Assembly (NCBI RefSeq): GCF_006345805.1
Contig: NC_042999.1
Location: 149,420,001 to 149,484,000 of the forward strand
Direction: 5' to 3'
DNA: 64,000 bases
DNA from: Octopus sinensis
Taxonomy: Eukaryota
Below the pieces are notes generated by a model. It was given only the letters and a program-made list of their open reading frames with translations, was not told the origin of the DNA and searched no databases. The translations under genes and the position numbers were made by a program. Below, one piece after another: positions 11,228 through 23,819 of this stretch (its first letter is position 1; the number at the start of each line of letters is the position of its first letter).

Positions 11228-12239
11228 CTTACAAAGAATAAGTCCTGGGGTCGATTTGCTCGACTAAAGGCGGTGCTCCAGCATGGCCACAGTCAAATGA
11301 CTGAAACAAGTAAAAGAGTAAAAAGAGTAAGCATACAGCAAGTCAGAACAAATACCACAAAACTTTCTATCCAACACTGTAACACTTTTGCCAAGTAACC
11401 ACATTTAAGACAATTGGATTTGTTGGTCACATAATCCTGCTAATATAGGCCATCTGTGTTCTCTATAACAACAAAAGACTAGTAAAGCAACAACAGACAA
11501 GAACAAATATACACTAATACACACACACATGGTACAGTTTTCCATAATATACTTCTAAACATAATAATACTGTATTATATATAACACATTATATATAATA
11601 CTGTATTATATATAACACATTATTATCATGTTTGACAGTGTTATATCATTTAACAATAATCTCTACAGTTATGGTATAATAAGATACCCTATAAATGGTG
11701 CAAAGTGGATAAAGTAACTGATCTGGATTGAATAAAGTATCACAGATAATATCATACTAGAAGCATTCTGCTGTCTTTCCACACAAAACACTTATATCTA
11801 TTTACTTTAGCTGACTGAGATGGTGAAATAGTAAGCATATGATGATGGGAAAAGTTACCGCAACACCCTATTAACCTAGAAGAGATTTCTCACTACTATT
11901 TTTAATATGGTAGAACTGAAGGTAGAGCAATGACCTCATAAAACTATGTATTTTAAGAAAGAGCCTCTATGTGGTTGCTTGACCTGCTAAAAATAGCAGC
12001 CAATGTTCCCTCAAATTATACCTCACCATCGTTTAAAAGGAAGAGCACATTGAAGAATTTAGTTCTTGATACAGAAAATGATGGGACTACTATGGCTGAA
12101 TCACCTTTCATTATAGGTCTGTAGGAACAAGGCTGACACAAGACTAAAGGACAATATAGTTTCATGTTAGAATTAATTCTAAACCACTCCAAAGAATTAT
12201 TACCAGGAATCTTACTTTTATTGATCTCCCCCTGTGTAT

Positions 12240-12441
12240 TTTTAGAACCTTTGTTTTATGATTTTCTGAAAGCAGTTCATAAAGTAGGTTTATTTACATT
12301 TTAGAGAAGCTTTTGCTTTTTAAAGTGTATGTGTGTGTGTGTTACCATTCCCATATGAAAGAATTATAACAAAGTTATATCTGTTTAAAATGCATTGAGT
12401 TTCTGTCTTACCAAGGGCTGGATTAAGACCCACCGAGGCCC
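12240..12441 (-). repeat. Inverted copy of 8931-9130 (hAT right end plus flank)
   Basis: ttttagaacctttgttttatg...ccaagggctggattaagacccaccgaggccc is the near-exact reverse complement of 8931-9130. Confidence 0.9.
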
Positions 12442-13704
12442 AAAGGGCGTGGGTAGACTGCTTTCTTCCAAACCAAAACAACGAAAGAAAAACTGGACAG
12501 CTTAATTGGATATGAAACAGTAATGACTCTTATGCTGTCAGTCATAGTTATACAGTGTATGTGGCCAAGATACTCAGTCCAACTAGCCGTAAATTAGTAC
12601 CACAGGAAGGAACAGTGTATTGAACAATAAAGCAGAAGAACAGTAAAATAAACAAATATTTCACTAACTTGCAATGTTCAATAACAACAACTGCTGACAC
12701 AGTGGACTACATTTTTTGTTTTATTTTATGGTTTGGTGTAACTTGAAGCAAATTTGGCTGCTATTTCTAGCAAGGTCTTGGGAAATATTCTGATTTGTTT
12801 AAGAGTAGGGACTACAACAAAGATGCTGTGCAATTTATGCAAACATGGGGGGGTGGGGGTGGAAATGGATATAAGCTTTTTGATGATGATGATGATGACG
12901 ATGATGATGATGATGGTGATGGTAGTATTGTGTGGAAGTAGAACACCCCTATTGGTTGGTTCCTAATGGACTGTGCCACAATATAAATGGGCATACGCAG
13001 AGAGCCTTCAGAGCAGAGTAAAGCTGAGAGTTGTGAATTGTTGAGGATTGTTACTGGTATCTTGAGAAGAATGATTTGCAAGGACATTATTATTATCCCG
13101 TTATATCGTACATCAAACATGTGATACAACAGGTAGAATGAGCTTCCTCACAGTTCCCATTTGATTCACATAGTATTGATGGACCCAAGACTACAGTTGA
13201 AGATATTTACACAAAGTGCCACTCAGTGTAAATGTGACAAAACCCAGACCCTCATTACTGGGAAGCTAACTTCCTCATGACATATTTTAAAGAAATGGTT
13301 AGAGGTACGCCAAAGAGATCATCATCATCGTCATCGTTTAGTATCTGCTTTCCATGCTGGTATGTGTTAGATGGCTTGACTGAGGTCTGGAAAGCCAGTG
13401 GCTGCACCAGGCTCCAATCTAATCTGACAAAGTTTCTACAGTTCGATGCCCTTCCTAACGCCAACCACTCCGAGAGTGGGATGATTCAATAAATGTTGTT
13501 GTTTAGCTCCATGCCAACCTTCCATAACAAGGGGTATTCCAACCATGACAAACCATTTCTTTTAGAGGTAACTAGCAGTGCATTATCCAACATGTCCTTT
13601 ATGTTTTTAAAATAGATATAAGGGTGTATGTTTGTTTTGCAAGATTCCTGATGTGAAATCATGTGTTGGAACAGATATTGTTATATTTCAGGATTTTTTT
13701 TTTT

Positions 13705-14082
13705 TATTCTCTAGTTTCAGTCATTTGACTGTGGCCATACTGGAGCACCACCTTAAGAGGTTTTAGTCGAACAGATCAACCCTAGGACTTATTCTTTGTA
13801 AGCCTAGTACTTAATCTATCGTTCTCTTTTGCTGAACTGCTAAGTTACAGGGATGTAAATACACCAACATTGGTTGTCAAGCGATGGTGGGGAGGGACAA
13901 ACACAGGCACAAACACACAAATATATATAGCAGGCTTCTTTCAGTTTCTATCTACCAAATCCTCTCACAAGGCTTTGGTCAGACTGAGGTTATAGAAGAC
14001 ATTAGCCTAAGGTGCCATGCAGTGGGACTGAACCTGGAACCATATGGTTGGGAAGCAAGCTTCTTAACACACAGCCATGCCT
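13705..14082 (-). mobile_element. SINE family A, near full length
   Basis: Reverse complement of the 4168-4560 consensus. Confidence 0.85.
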
Positions 14083-14364
14083 GGTCTTTTTTTTTATCAA
14101 AAAAAAAAAAAAAAAAAAACACACACACACACGACTATCCTGAAATATAACAATATTACGGTGAAATTCGAAGGATATTTGGTTGCTATTTCCAACATAC
14201 TGTTTGACAATATAGCAATCTTTTTCATTAACTCAATTTAATAAATGTTTAATGAACAATTAGGAAAATGTTAATCAGTACAAGGCTAATCAATAGAAGA
14301 GTGTTCAAATTCTAAATTATGTTCAAAAATAAACATTTTATCTTTCATATTTTTCTTTTTCATA

Positions 14365-15135
14365 AGACTGAGGCCATACTGGGCTACTACCTTGAAGAAT
14401 TTTAGTCAAACAGATTGACCTTAGTGCTTATTTTTTTTAAAGCCTAGTACTTAACCTATCACTCTCATTTGCCGGATTGCTATGTTACAGGGGGATGTAA
14501 ACACGGTTGTCAAACAGTGGTGGGGGACAAACAGACACAAGACGCACACACACACATATATATAGTTGAAATTTATAGAAAAACAAAAGATGAAGACAGA
14601 TGTATGAACAACAAGCAATTGTATTAGTTTGGTGCTTGAGAAAGTGAAAAAAATCTTTTATGTTTTGAGCCTATGCTCTTCAAAAGAAAGGAATAAGAGA
14701 AAATAAACAGAGAGAAAGTGAAAAAAAAAAACTTGTGGATCTAGCGGTCAAGCATGGCGACAATATATATATCTTGTCCTGGTGGCATGTAAAAAGCACC
14801 CACTACACTCTCAGAGTGGTTGGCATTAGAAAGAGCATCCAGCTGTAGAAACCTTGCCAGATTAGATTGGAGCCTGGTGCAGCCTTCTGGCTTGCCAGTC
14901 CTCAGTCAAACTGTCCAACCCATGCCAGCATGGAAAATGGACGTTAAACAACAATGGTGATGATGATGACAAGCTTGTTTCAGTTTCCATCTGATAGATG
15001 GAAATCCACTCACAAGGCTTTGGTCAACCCAAGGCTATAGTTGAGGACAGCTGCCCAAGCTGCCACACAGTGGGGCTGAACCTGGAACCATACATTTGGG
15101 AAGCAAATTTCTTACTTCACAGCCAACCTGCACCT
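14365..15135 (-). mobile_element. Family A SINE with a Penelope-type terminal repeat (about 14565-14760) and an RTE 3' end (about 14775-14970, +) nested in its internal microsatellite
   Basis: SINE 3' half ends at cacacatatatata and resumes at gcttgtttcagtttcc; inserts match the 10873-11050 arm and the RTE tail block. Confidence 0.75.
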
Positions 15136-15339
15136 ATTTCCCAGTAAAAAAATAAACGAAAAAAAAACACAAAGTATCTCTGTGTGTATATAAAGTTCAA
15201 GAAACTTTCAATCCATGTTGTCATGGGAAAACATCTTGCATTTACATATTTTGAAAGAAATTGTAAAAGGTGAAAAATGTTTTAAAAATAAGAATAATTT
15301 TGTTTTGCATTTGTTCATTCATGCAATTCAGTATTTATT

Positions 15340-15580
15340 ACACACAGACACGCACCAATCTGTCTATCCACACATACACACACACACTAATTTGTCTGTC
15401 TACACAAACATGCACACACACATACATACACAACTATTTGTCTGTCTACACACAAACATGCACACCTATATGTCTAGCCACACACACACACACACACACA
15501 TACACAACTATTTGTCTGTCTACACACACACATGCACACCTATCTGTCTATCCACACACACACACACACACACACAAATA
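15340..15580. repeat. Compound (CA)n repeat with recurrent anchor tatttgtctgtctaca
   Basis: Anchor repeated about six times between CA runs. Confidence 0.8.
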
Positions 15581-15683
15581 TACACAAAAAGAAAGAGACA
15601 AAAGAAGAAAGAAAATGAACTGCCATTCAGTTTTGTGAAAGTATTCAGAGAATGGCTTTTAAGACATACTAAGAAATACATAT

Positions 15684-15720
<37 letters not shown>

Positions 15721-15944
15721 CCGCACGCGCATACACATATATAATCATCATCAACATTTCATATCCGCTTTCTATGAATAGAAGGGTATAAACACGATCC
15801 AATAGGCTGCCAGACCATGTCCTCCTCCAATGTCTCACATTTGGCATGAGTCTATGGCTGAATGCTCTCCTTAACACCAATCAATTTACTGAGTGTAGTA
15901 GGTATGTTTTACCATGGCACCAGCACTATACAGGTTACAGCATC

Positions 15945-16400
15945 CATGCTAGTGGAGTGCTAAGAGTACCATACGAGTTAGATCGTTGCCAGAGCAACAA
16001 GCTGGCCTCTGTGCCGATGGCATGTTAAAAACACCATTCGAGTGTGATCGTTACCTGTGTCGCCTTACTAGCACTTGTACTGGTGGCACGTGAAAAAACA
16101 TTTGAGCGAGGTTGTTGCCAGTGCCACTGGACTGGCTCCTGTGCAGGTGCCACATAAAAAGCACCATTTGAGCATGGCTGTTGCCAGTACCACCTGACTG
16201 GCCCTCGTGCCGGTGGCATATAAAAGCACCCACTACACTCTTGGAGTGGTTGGTGTAAGGAAGGGCATCCAGCTGTAGAAACTCTGCCAGATCAGATTGC
16301 AGTCTGATGCAGGCATCTGGTTCGCCAGACCTCAGTCAAATCATCCAACCTATCTAGCATGGAAAGCGGATGTTAAACGATGATGATGGTGATGATGATT
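15945..16400 (+). mobile_element. RTE-LINE 3' UTR with (GAT)n tail
   Basis: Reverse-complement counterpart of 5955-6463. Confidence 0.85.
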
Positions 16401-17584
16401 GCCATCAACAATGCTAAAGAACCATACCAAGCCTAGCACCAACATCATTTGAATCCGTTAACAATCACTTGGAAAGTACTGGGTGCTTTATGTGACACCA
16501 GTGTTATTCAAATACTACAGGCACAGGTCAACTAACACCTCACAAATGAAATTGGTTGACAGAAACTGAAGAAGTCTGTAATTATACATACATGTATGAA
16601 GTAACCATGGCTGCTTCATTTTTGACCCTGAAGAGCCAAATTTCTGCAAGTGAGACAGTGAGTGAATATGTGTGTGTGTGTCCGTGCACATGCACACACA
16701 GGGAGTTTAGTTTGAAATCTCTGATTACAGACAGGAAGCAATTTAATGTTGTTAATGCCAGATGGAATGAAGTAAAATCATTCACGGGAGGTAGAGTAGG
16801 ATTGAACTTAAAAACAAAAAAGTACTGAAGTTTGACTGCTGTATGGCATCTAGACCAGCTTTCTTCTTTGAGGACATTCTTCAATATTGAAACAATAATA
16901 GCAATGATTAACTGGCTTATCCATCCACTTTTTGATCCCTCTATCTCTCATCTATCACAAGAGATGGCATTGGATTTGTCTTTATGGTATCCCTTACCAT
17001 CTCATTTTGTTACTGCCAGCCATTACTCTTTCCCTCTCTTCCATTTAGTTCTTCATTGACATCAACTAATTTCATCATTTCTCATCCCTATTTCTAGCTA
17101 TCACTCACTCTCTCACCCTTTATTATCTGATCAGATCACTTGTGCCGTTTCTTTATTCAACCTCCTTACCAACAACCAGCATGCAGTGTTCTCTCTTCCA
17201 TTACTCCCTCCCTCTCTACCATCTGCTAACTCTTAACTTACCATTATTGATTTAGGAGGACCGTTGGTCTAATGAAGTGAAATCTTCATTTCAGGGATAG
17301 ATATAAGTTATCGAAGGAGATTTGTCTAAACAAATTGAGTAAATAAGTTGTTTTTTTTTTTTTACTTTCTTTTTTTTTCTCTTTTTTAGCTGAACTTTGA
17401 AATTTCAGCAAATGTTCTTTGAGTTTAGTGGAGAAAGTTACTTGTGGCAAAAATAGACTCGGAAAACCAAAGAAAGAATTTAATGAGTTTGATAGGTCTC
17501 TTGCAGAAGAGATGCAATGAAGGATGTAGGGACAGGTGCTCTACAGCAGACCAAGCCATTTCAAAGCAATATAGAGGGAAAAAA

Positions 17585-17870
17585 TGATGACCATGACGAC
17601 AACGATGGCAACAAATGACAATGATGATGATGATCATCATCCCTATAATAGCAATGATAATGTGCTGGTAAGAATAATAATGATGCTGATAATGGTAAAA
17701 TTGTATGGTGATAGTGATGATGGTGATGTAATCATGATGAGGATACTTGATGAAGGTAATGGCAATGATAATTATGATGATGATAGTAATAATGGTGATG
17801 TTAATGAAGATGATGATGAAAATGATGATGATGGTGGTGGTGATGAAAATGCCAACAATGATAATGAGGA
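17585..17870. repeat. Degenerate (GAT/AAT/GGT)n low-complexity tract
   Basis: Direct reading; similar tract at about 54470-54700. Confidence 0.85.
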
Positions 17871-18250
17871 TAGAAAATGGCAACGCATTTATACTTCAAA
17901 ATAACAATCTTAAATACTCAAGATGGGTCTTCATGATGTTCTTTCCTTTATTTTTAACCTAACACTTTATTGCCATAGAGTGAGTGTTAGGTTAGAATCT
18001 TATTCTTCAGCATAAATATCATGTAAAGATCAGCTGGGAATGGATTGTCATAGAAGCATTGAAATGTAATAAGAGAACTTAGGAAAAGTAGAAAACCAGG
18101 ACACGGTATAAATAAGAAAGAATGCACGTTTAATTCTATTGTATAGGTAGTCTTTGATAAAATGATGCAAAACATGAGAAGAATGGAACCTTAAAGAGCA
18201 CACAAATAAAAATTAACGAACAATGAATTGTAGTAGTAGTAGTAGTAATG

Positions 18251-18292
<42 letters not shown>

Positions 18293-19115
18293 GAATCAAT
18301 TGTTGTTTTATTCATACTGACAGATAAAAGGGAAGTTGAGGTTTGCATTCTCACAAATGATTGAAGTCGATGACCCTTCAAAGTTTTAAACAATGGGAGC
18401 AAAGAATGAAAAACACAACACCCACTTTTTACTTCCACTACACACATCTTTGTGTGTAAGTGTGTGTGCGCATGTGTGTGTGTGTGTGTGCGCATGTGTG
18501 TGTGTGTGTGCGCATGTGTGTGTGTGTAGGGGATCATGTTAATATCTCAAATGACAAAATAGTAATTTTCAGATTCATCATCATCATCATCATCGTTTAA
18601 CATCCGTTTTCCATGCTGGCACGGGTTGGATGGTTTGATTGGAGACTGGCAAGCCAGGAGACCTCACTAGGCTCCAATGTAATCAAGCAAGGTTTCTACA
18701 GCTGTATGCCCTTCCTAACGCCAACCACTCCAAGAGTGTAGCGGGTACTTTTTATGTGCCACCGGCATGGGAGCCAGTCAGGGGACACTAGCATCGGCCA
18801 CGTTCGGATAGTGCTTTTTGTATTTTTAAATCACCTGGAAGTTTTTTTGTTTTTTTTTAGTGAAATGAATAAAAAAAAAACCCACAACAATTATTATTTT
18901 CTTCCTGCTCATTCATATTCTGAGTTCAAATTTTACCAAGGCTGACTTTACCCTTCATCTTTTCTGGGTCAATAGAATAAATAACCAGTTGAGCATTAGG
19001 CTTCATGTAACAAACTAACTCATCCCGCTCCCCAAAAGATTGCTGGCCTTGTGCCAAAATTACTATTAAGATAAAAGCAAACATTATTATAGCTGAATAA
19101 TTATTTATTATTATT

Positions 19116-19320
19116 AGGGTGGCAAGCTGGCAGAAACGTTAGCATGCCAGGTGAAATGCTTAGCAGTATTGTGTCTGCCTTTACATTCTTAGTTCAAATT
19201 CCACCAAGATCAACTTTGCCTTTCATCCTTTCGGGGTCGATAACTTAAGTGCTGGGGTTGATCTAATCGACTGGGCCCCTTTCCAAAATTTTCAGGCCTT
19301 GTGTCTAGAGTAGAAAAGAA
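19116..19320 (+). mobile_element. SINE family C monomer (tail type 1)
   Basis: ggtggcaagctggcagaaacgttagc head; ends ggccttgtgtctagagtagaaaagaa. Confidence 0.85.
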
Positions 19321-22300
19321 TATATATATTTTTTTTATTTTCAAAATTAATTGAAAAATAGGAAGTGTATTTCAATAGAAATATGGTAATGAAAGGGTTG
19401 AATAAATAAGCATTATGGTCAATCTGTTCAACTAAAATCTTTCAAAATGAGGTCCCAACATACCTGCAGTCCAATGACTGAAACAAGCAAAAAATATAAA
19501 AAACAAAAAGATAAACAAAACTACAATATCATATATAGTCATTTCATTTACACATTTGTACTTCTGCTGTCTTTAATGGAAGGGATAATTGTTAAGTGGT
19601 TTTCTTTTCTAGGGTCCCAATTACAAAAACATTATTATATAGGTTAAATCATTACTGATATAATTGACGTACAATTGTACTATCTAGGTTATATCATGTT
19701 ACTAGCAGTGAACTAATTTTATATTGCTACTGATTAAAAATAGGCTCAGGCATGGCTGTGTATTTTGGGTCCAGTTCCCTCTGTGCAACACCTTGGGAAA
19801 GTATCTTCTACTATAGACCCAGGCTGACCAAAGCCTTGTGAGTGGATTTATAAGTTGGAAACTGAAAGAAGCGCTTTGTGTGTGCATGTGAGAGAGAGAG
19901 AGAGAGAGTGTTTGTGTCACTTTGTCTTTGGCATCACCTAATTTTGCAAATGAAAATCATTCGTTTCTGATATTGAGTGAAAACATGTCTAGCTATGAGA
20001 AAGTATTACCTTACTTGAAAACAGATAATGGTTGGCAACAAGGAAGGCACCTGCTTCTATAAATTCCATCAGATCCATGCAAGCATGGAAGAATGGACAT
20101 TAAGCAATGATGATGATGTTATACATGTATATGCGTGTGTATGCACAGTCTGAACATATATGTTTGTATACACATTTGCTGTGAAAAGTGCACATGCTTG
20201 AAACAAAAGAAAGGATGGAATGGCTAGGCTGGAATCATCATCATTACCATTTAATGTATGTTGTCCATGCCGGCATGGGTTGGATGGTTTGACTGGGCTG
20301 GCACGCTGGAAGGCTGCACTAGGCTCCAGTCTGATTTGGCATGGTTTTCTATGGCTGGATGCCCTTCCTATTCTAGCTCCTCATGTGTTGGTGCCATGTA
20401 AAAAGCATGGTACCAGTGCCACATAAAAGGAATGTATGCCAGTGTTGCATAAAAAGCACCAGTGGCAAAGCCATGTAAAAATCACCTGTCCAGTGCCACA
20501 TATAAAGCACTTGAGCTGGTACCATGTAAAAAGCAACCAGTACATTCTGTAAAGTGGTTGGCATTAGGAAGGGCATCCAGCTATAGATACCATGCCAAAA
20601 TAGACAATTAGAACCTGATGTAGCTTTCCAGCTGGTCAGCTCTTATCAAGCCATCCAACTCATGCCAGCATGGAAAACGGACAGATGATGATGATGATGA
20701 TAATGATTTATGACTAAGCTGAGCCCAAACAGCATTACCTAATTATGTCATTTTCTATCTCAAGAACTCATTATTTTCATATATGTTACCTAGGACAATA
20801 AAACGAAACATAGAAATCTATCAAATCAACTAATTAATTGTTTCTAAATTACTGTGCCCTCATAATATTTCCTAAACAAAAAGTTATGCTCCAATTATTA
20901 ACTGCTCCAATTCCCAAAAACACATTTTATATCTGTACTTTAGGAGCTGCTATTTGCTATCAGTCAACCACATTCACACTCACTCACATACCTACCAGCA
21001 AGTATCTTATCTTGTACTTATTTCAGTCATTAGACTGCAGCCATGCTGGGGCACCACCTTGAAGAATTTCTAGTCAAAAGAATTGACCCCAGAACTTATT
21101 TTTTATTTTTAAGCCTGATACTTATTCTATCAGTCTCTTTTGCTAAACCACCAAGTTACAGGGACATAAACACACCAACACTGATCGTTAAGCAGAGGTA
21201 GGAGATGAACAAAGACACACACACACACATATATACATACATTGCAGGCTTCTTTCAGTTTCTATCTACTCAAATCCATGGAATTCATTTATGTAAATTT
21301 TCTATCACTGGATACACCTTCTGTTGTCAACCCTCACCTGTTTCCAAGCAAGGTAACATTTCCACAAGGCCAGACATAATTTCATGAAAGATTGGAAACA
21401 AGGGATGTTCGTATGATACCAATGCTTATTAACAGCTATTTTGCGACGTCAAGACAAGGCTATATTAACACATTCACATCACCACACACACACACACACA
21501 CATGTATGATGGGCTTCTTTCAGTTTCCATATACCAAATCCACTCACAAAGTTTTGGCTGACCTGGGGCTGTAGCAGAAGGCACTTGCCCAATGTGCAGC
21601 ATAAAGGAAATGAACTTGCAAACCATGTACTTGGAAAGCAAACTGAACCTCACAGTCATGTCTGTTGAAAAATAAGATAGAATGATCAAAGCCAGGATGT
21701 TTTGATCATAGCATTGTTTAATGAACAACATACACTTTCACATATACAAGCTGTCTATTCTCCATTTATTATTCAATGTAATAAACACAAACCAACTATG
21801 TGCATGCCGTTAAACTGCAGAAAATGAAAAATAACATTGCAGTTATCCTAGATTTTAACAGAACAACTATCTATACAGATTATTGTCTGCTAGACATTTC
21901 CAGTAAGTTATAGGTCAAACAGGTCAGACGTTTGACTGATTACTCTGACTGTTCATTGCATCAGATGGCTCCTTACATCTAATGGCCTGGCATTGAGAAA
22001 ACTTTCAAGTAGCATTTATATCTACAAAACAGCCTTTTGTGGAGGTCATAGTTTTTTTGTTTTTTTTGTACACTAAAAAGATTTTCAGTTTTTAGCAAAT
22101 GAAACTTTGTAGTCTGGCATTTATGCATTTAACTAAAAGAGTTTATATATATATATATAGTTGTGGTTTAGCTCCAGGTTGGTCCTGACTGAAAAGATCT
22201 ATGATTGAAAGCATTTCATTATCCTGATTGTTTATCTAGTAGTAGAATAATTACTAAAATACTAATACAGAGAAATAACCATTAACCATACTGTATTGAT

Positions 22301-22450
22301 ACTGGCAATTAATGTCAGATCTCTTTTCCTCTCTCTCTCTCATATATATATATATATAACCCATGCTAGCCCATCCAACCCATGCTAGCATGGAAAACAG
22401 ACGTTAAACAATGATGATGATGATGATATATATATATATATATATATATA

Positions 22451-23010
22451 TTGGGTTGTCCGGAAAGTTCATGCCTATTTATAGTAGCTTACCTTTCGAC
22501 TTATTTTAGAACGTGGTTGAGTCCATAAAATTTTATTTGACTACACCTCCATTTAGAGCACAGTTTAAGCTATCTTTTCATAGAAGAAGGTTTATGCTCC
22601 TATAACTGAGTTAATTCTGTAACCCTTTAAAATGAAAATAAGAAAGTTAATTTTCGGCACTTGATGCTTTGGGAACCAGACAAAAATTGCTGCAGCTCGG
22701 CTGAGATGTGTTACCCCACCCTCCATATTCACCAAACATTGCTCCTTCGGATTTCCACTTATTCAGGTTTCTGCAGAATAGTCTTAATGGTAAAAATTTC
22801 AATTCCTTGGATGATGTAAAAAGATACCTTGATGAAATGTTTGCCATGAAACCACCCCAATTCGGGGAAGAGGGTATTTTCAAGGTTAAGGAAAGATGGA
22901 GACGTATTGTGCAACAAAATGATTCATATTTGGTTGATTAAAAATGTAATGGCAAGTATTTATTGACCTTTTTCTTTCCTTTAAAAATCGGCGCAAACTT
23001 TCCAGACAAC

Positions 23011-23014
<4 letters not shown>
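22451..23014 (+). mobile_element. Internally deleted mariner element
   Basis: TIRs ttgggttgtccggaaagttc / aaactttccagacaacccaa in TA context; LPHPPYSPNIAPSDFHLFRFLQNSLNGKNF...ERWRRIVQQNDSYLVD is the mariner HPPYSPDLAPSDF C-terminus. Confidence 0.95.
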
Positions 23015-23052
<38 letters not shown>

Positions 23053-23061
23053 TATATACAT

Positions 23062-23405
23062 ATCATCATCATCATCATCGTTTAACATCCGTTCTCCATG
23101 CTAGCATGGGTTGGATGGTTCGACCGGGGATCTGGGAAGCCAGGGGCTGCACCAGGCTCCAGTCTTATCTGGCAATGTTTCTACAGCTGGATGCCCTTCC
23201 TAACGCCAACCACTCCGTGAGTGTAGTGGGTGCTTTTTACGTGCCACCTGCACAGGTGCCAGGCGAGGCTGGCAACGGCCACGGTCGGATTGGTGTATTT
23301 TATGTGCCACCGGCACGAAAGCCAGTCGAGGCGGTGCTGGCATCGGCCACGAGTCGGATAGTGCTTTTTATGTACCATCAGACCAGGGATCCTGGCTGGT
23401 TCAAT

Positions 23406-23408
<3 letters not shown>
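23062..23408 (-). mobile_element. Young RTE-LINE 3' end inside (TA)n
   Basis: CpG-rich copy of the tail block between two (TA)n runs. Confidence 0.85.
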
Positions 23409-23445
<37 letters not shown>

Positions 23446-23452
23446 CACATAC

Positions 23453-23515
<63 letters not shown>

Positions 23516-23535
23516 TAATGAAAGAGACAGAAGAT

Positions 23536-23580
23536 TACTACAATTGTTTCGATCCATCTAGCATCGGTCTCTCACAGGTA
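23536..23580 (-). ncRNA. Degenerate hammerhead-like motif
   Basis: Minus: UAC-CUGUGA-GAGACC..GGAUC-GAAA-CAAUUG-UA-GUA; palindromic stem III, core one base short. Confidence 0.3.
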
Positions 23581-23819
23581 GGAAACTGAACATCTGGCTT
23601 AGGTGTGGATGTGTGTCCCTAGATGATTTCAAGAGGTATCACATTAAAATAAACTCTGCTTTGCAAGTCTTCCTATACAGGAATGGCAAATTAAAGTATA
23701 CAAAATATCTATAAATATCAGATACATAATGCAGCAAAAAAAGTATTAGCTATAACCATTAGTTTGCCAGCAAACTACCAGGCATATACCATACGATTTA
23801 TTAACTAATAATATATATA

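Noticed and set aside
17390-17535. Coding exon after a T-rich acceptor
   Set aside because: Stops in all three frames
17425-17962. Asp/Asn-rich or hydrophobic membrane protein ORFs
   Set aside because: Translations of a degenerate trinucleotide tract
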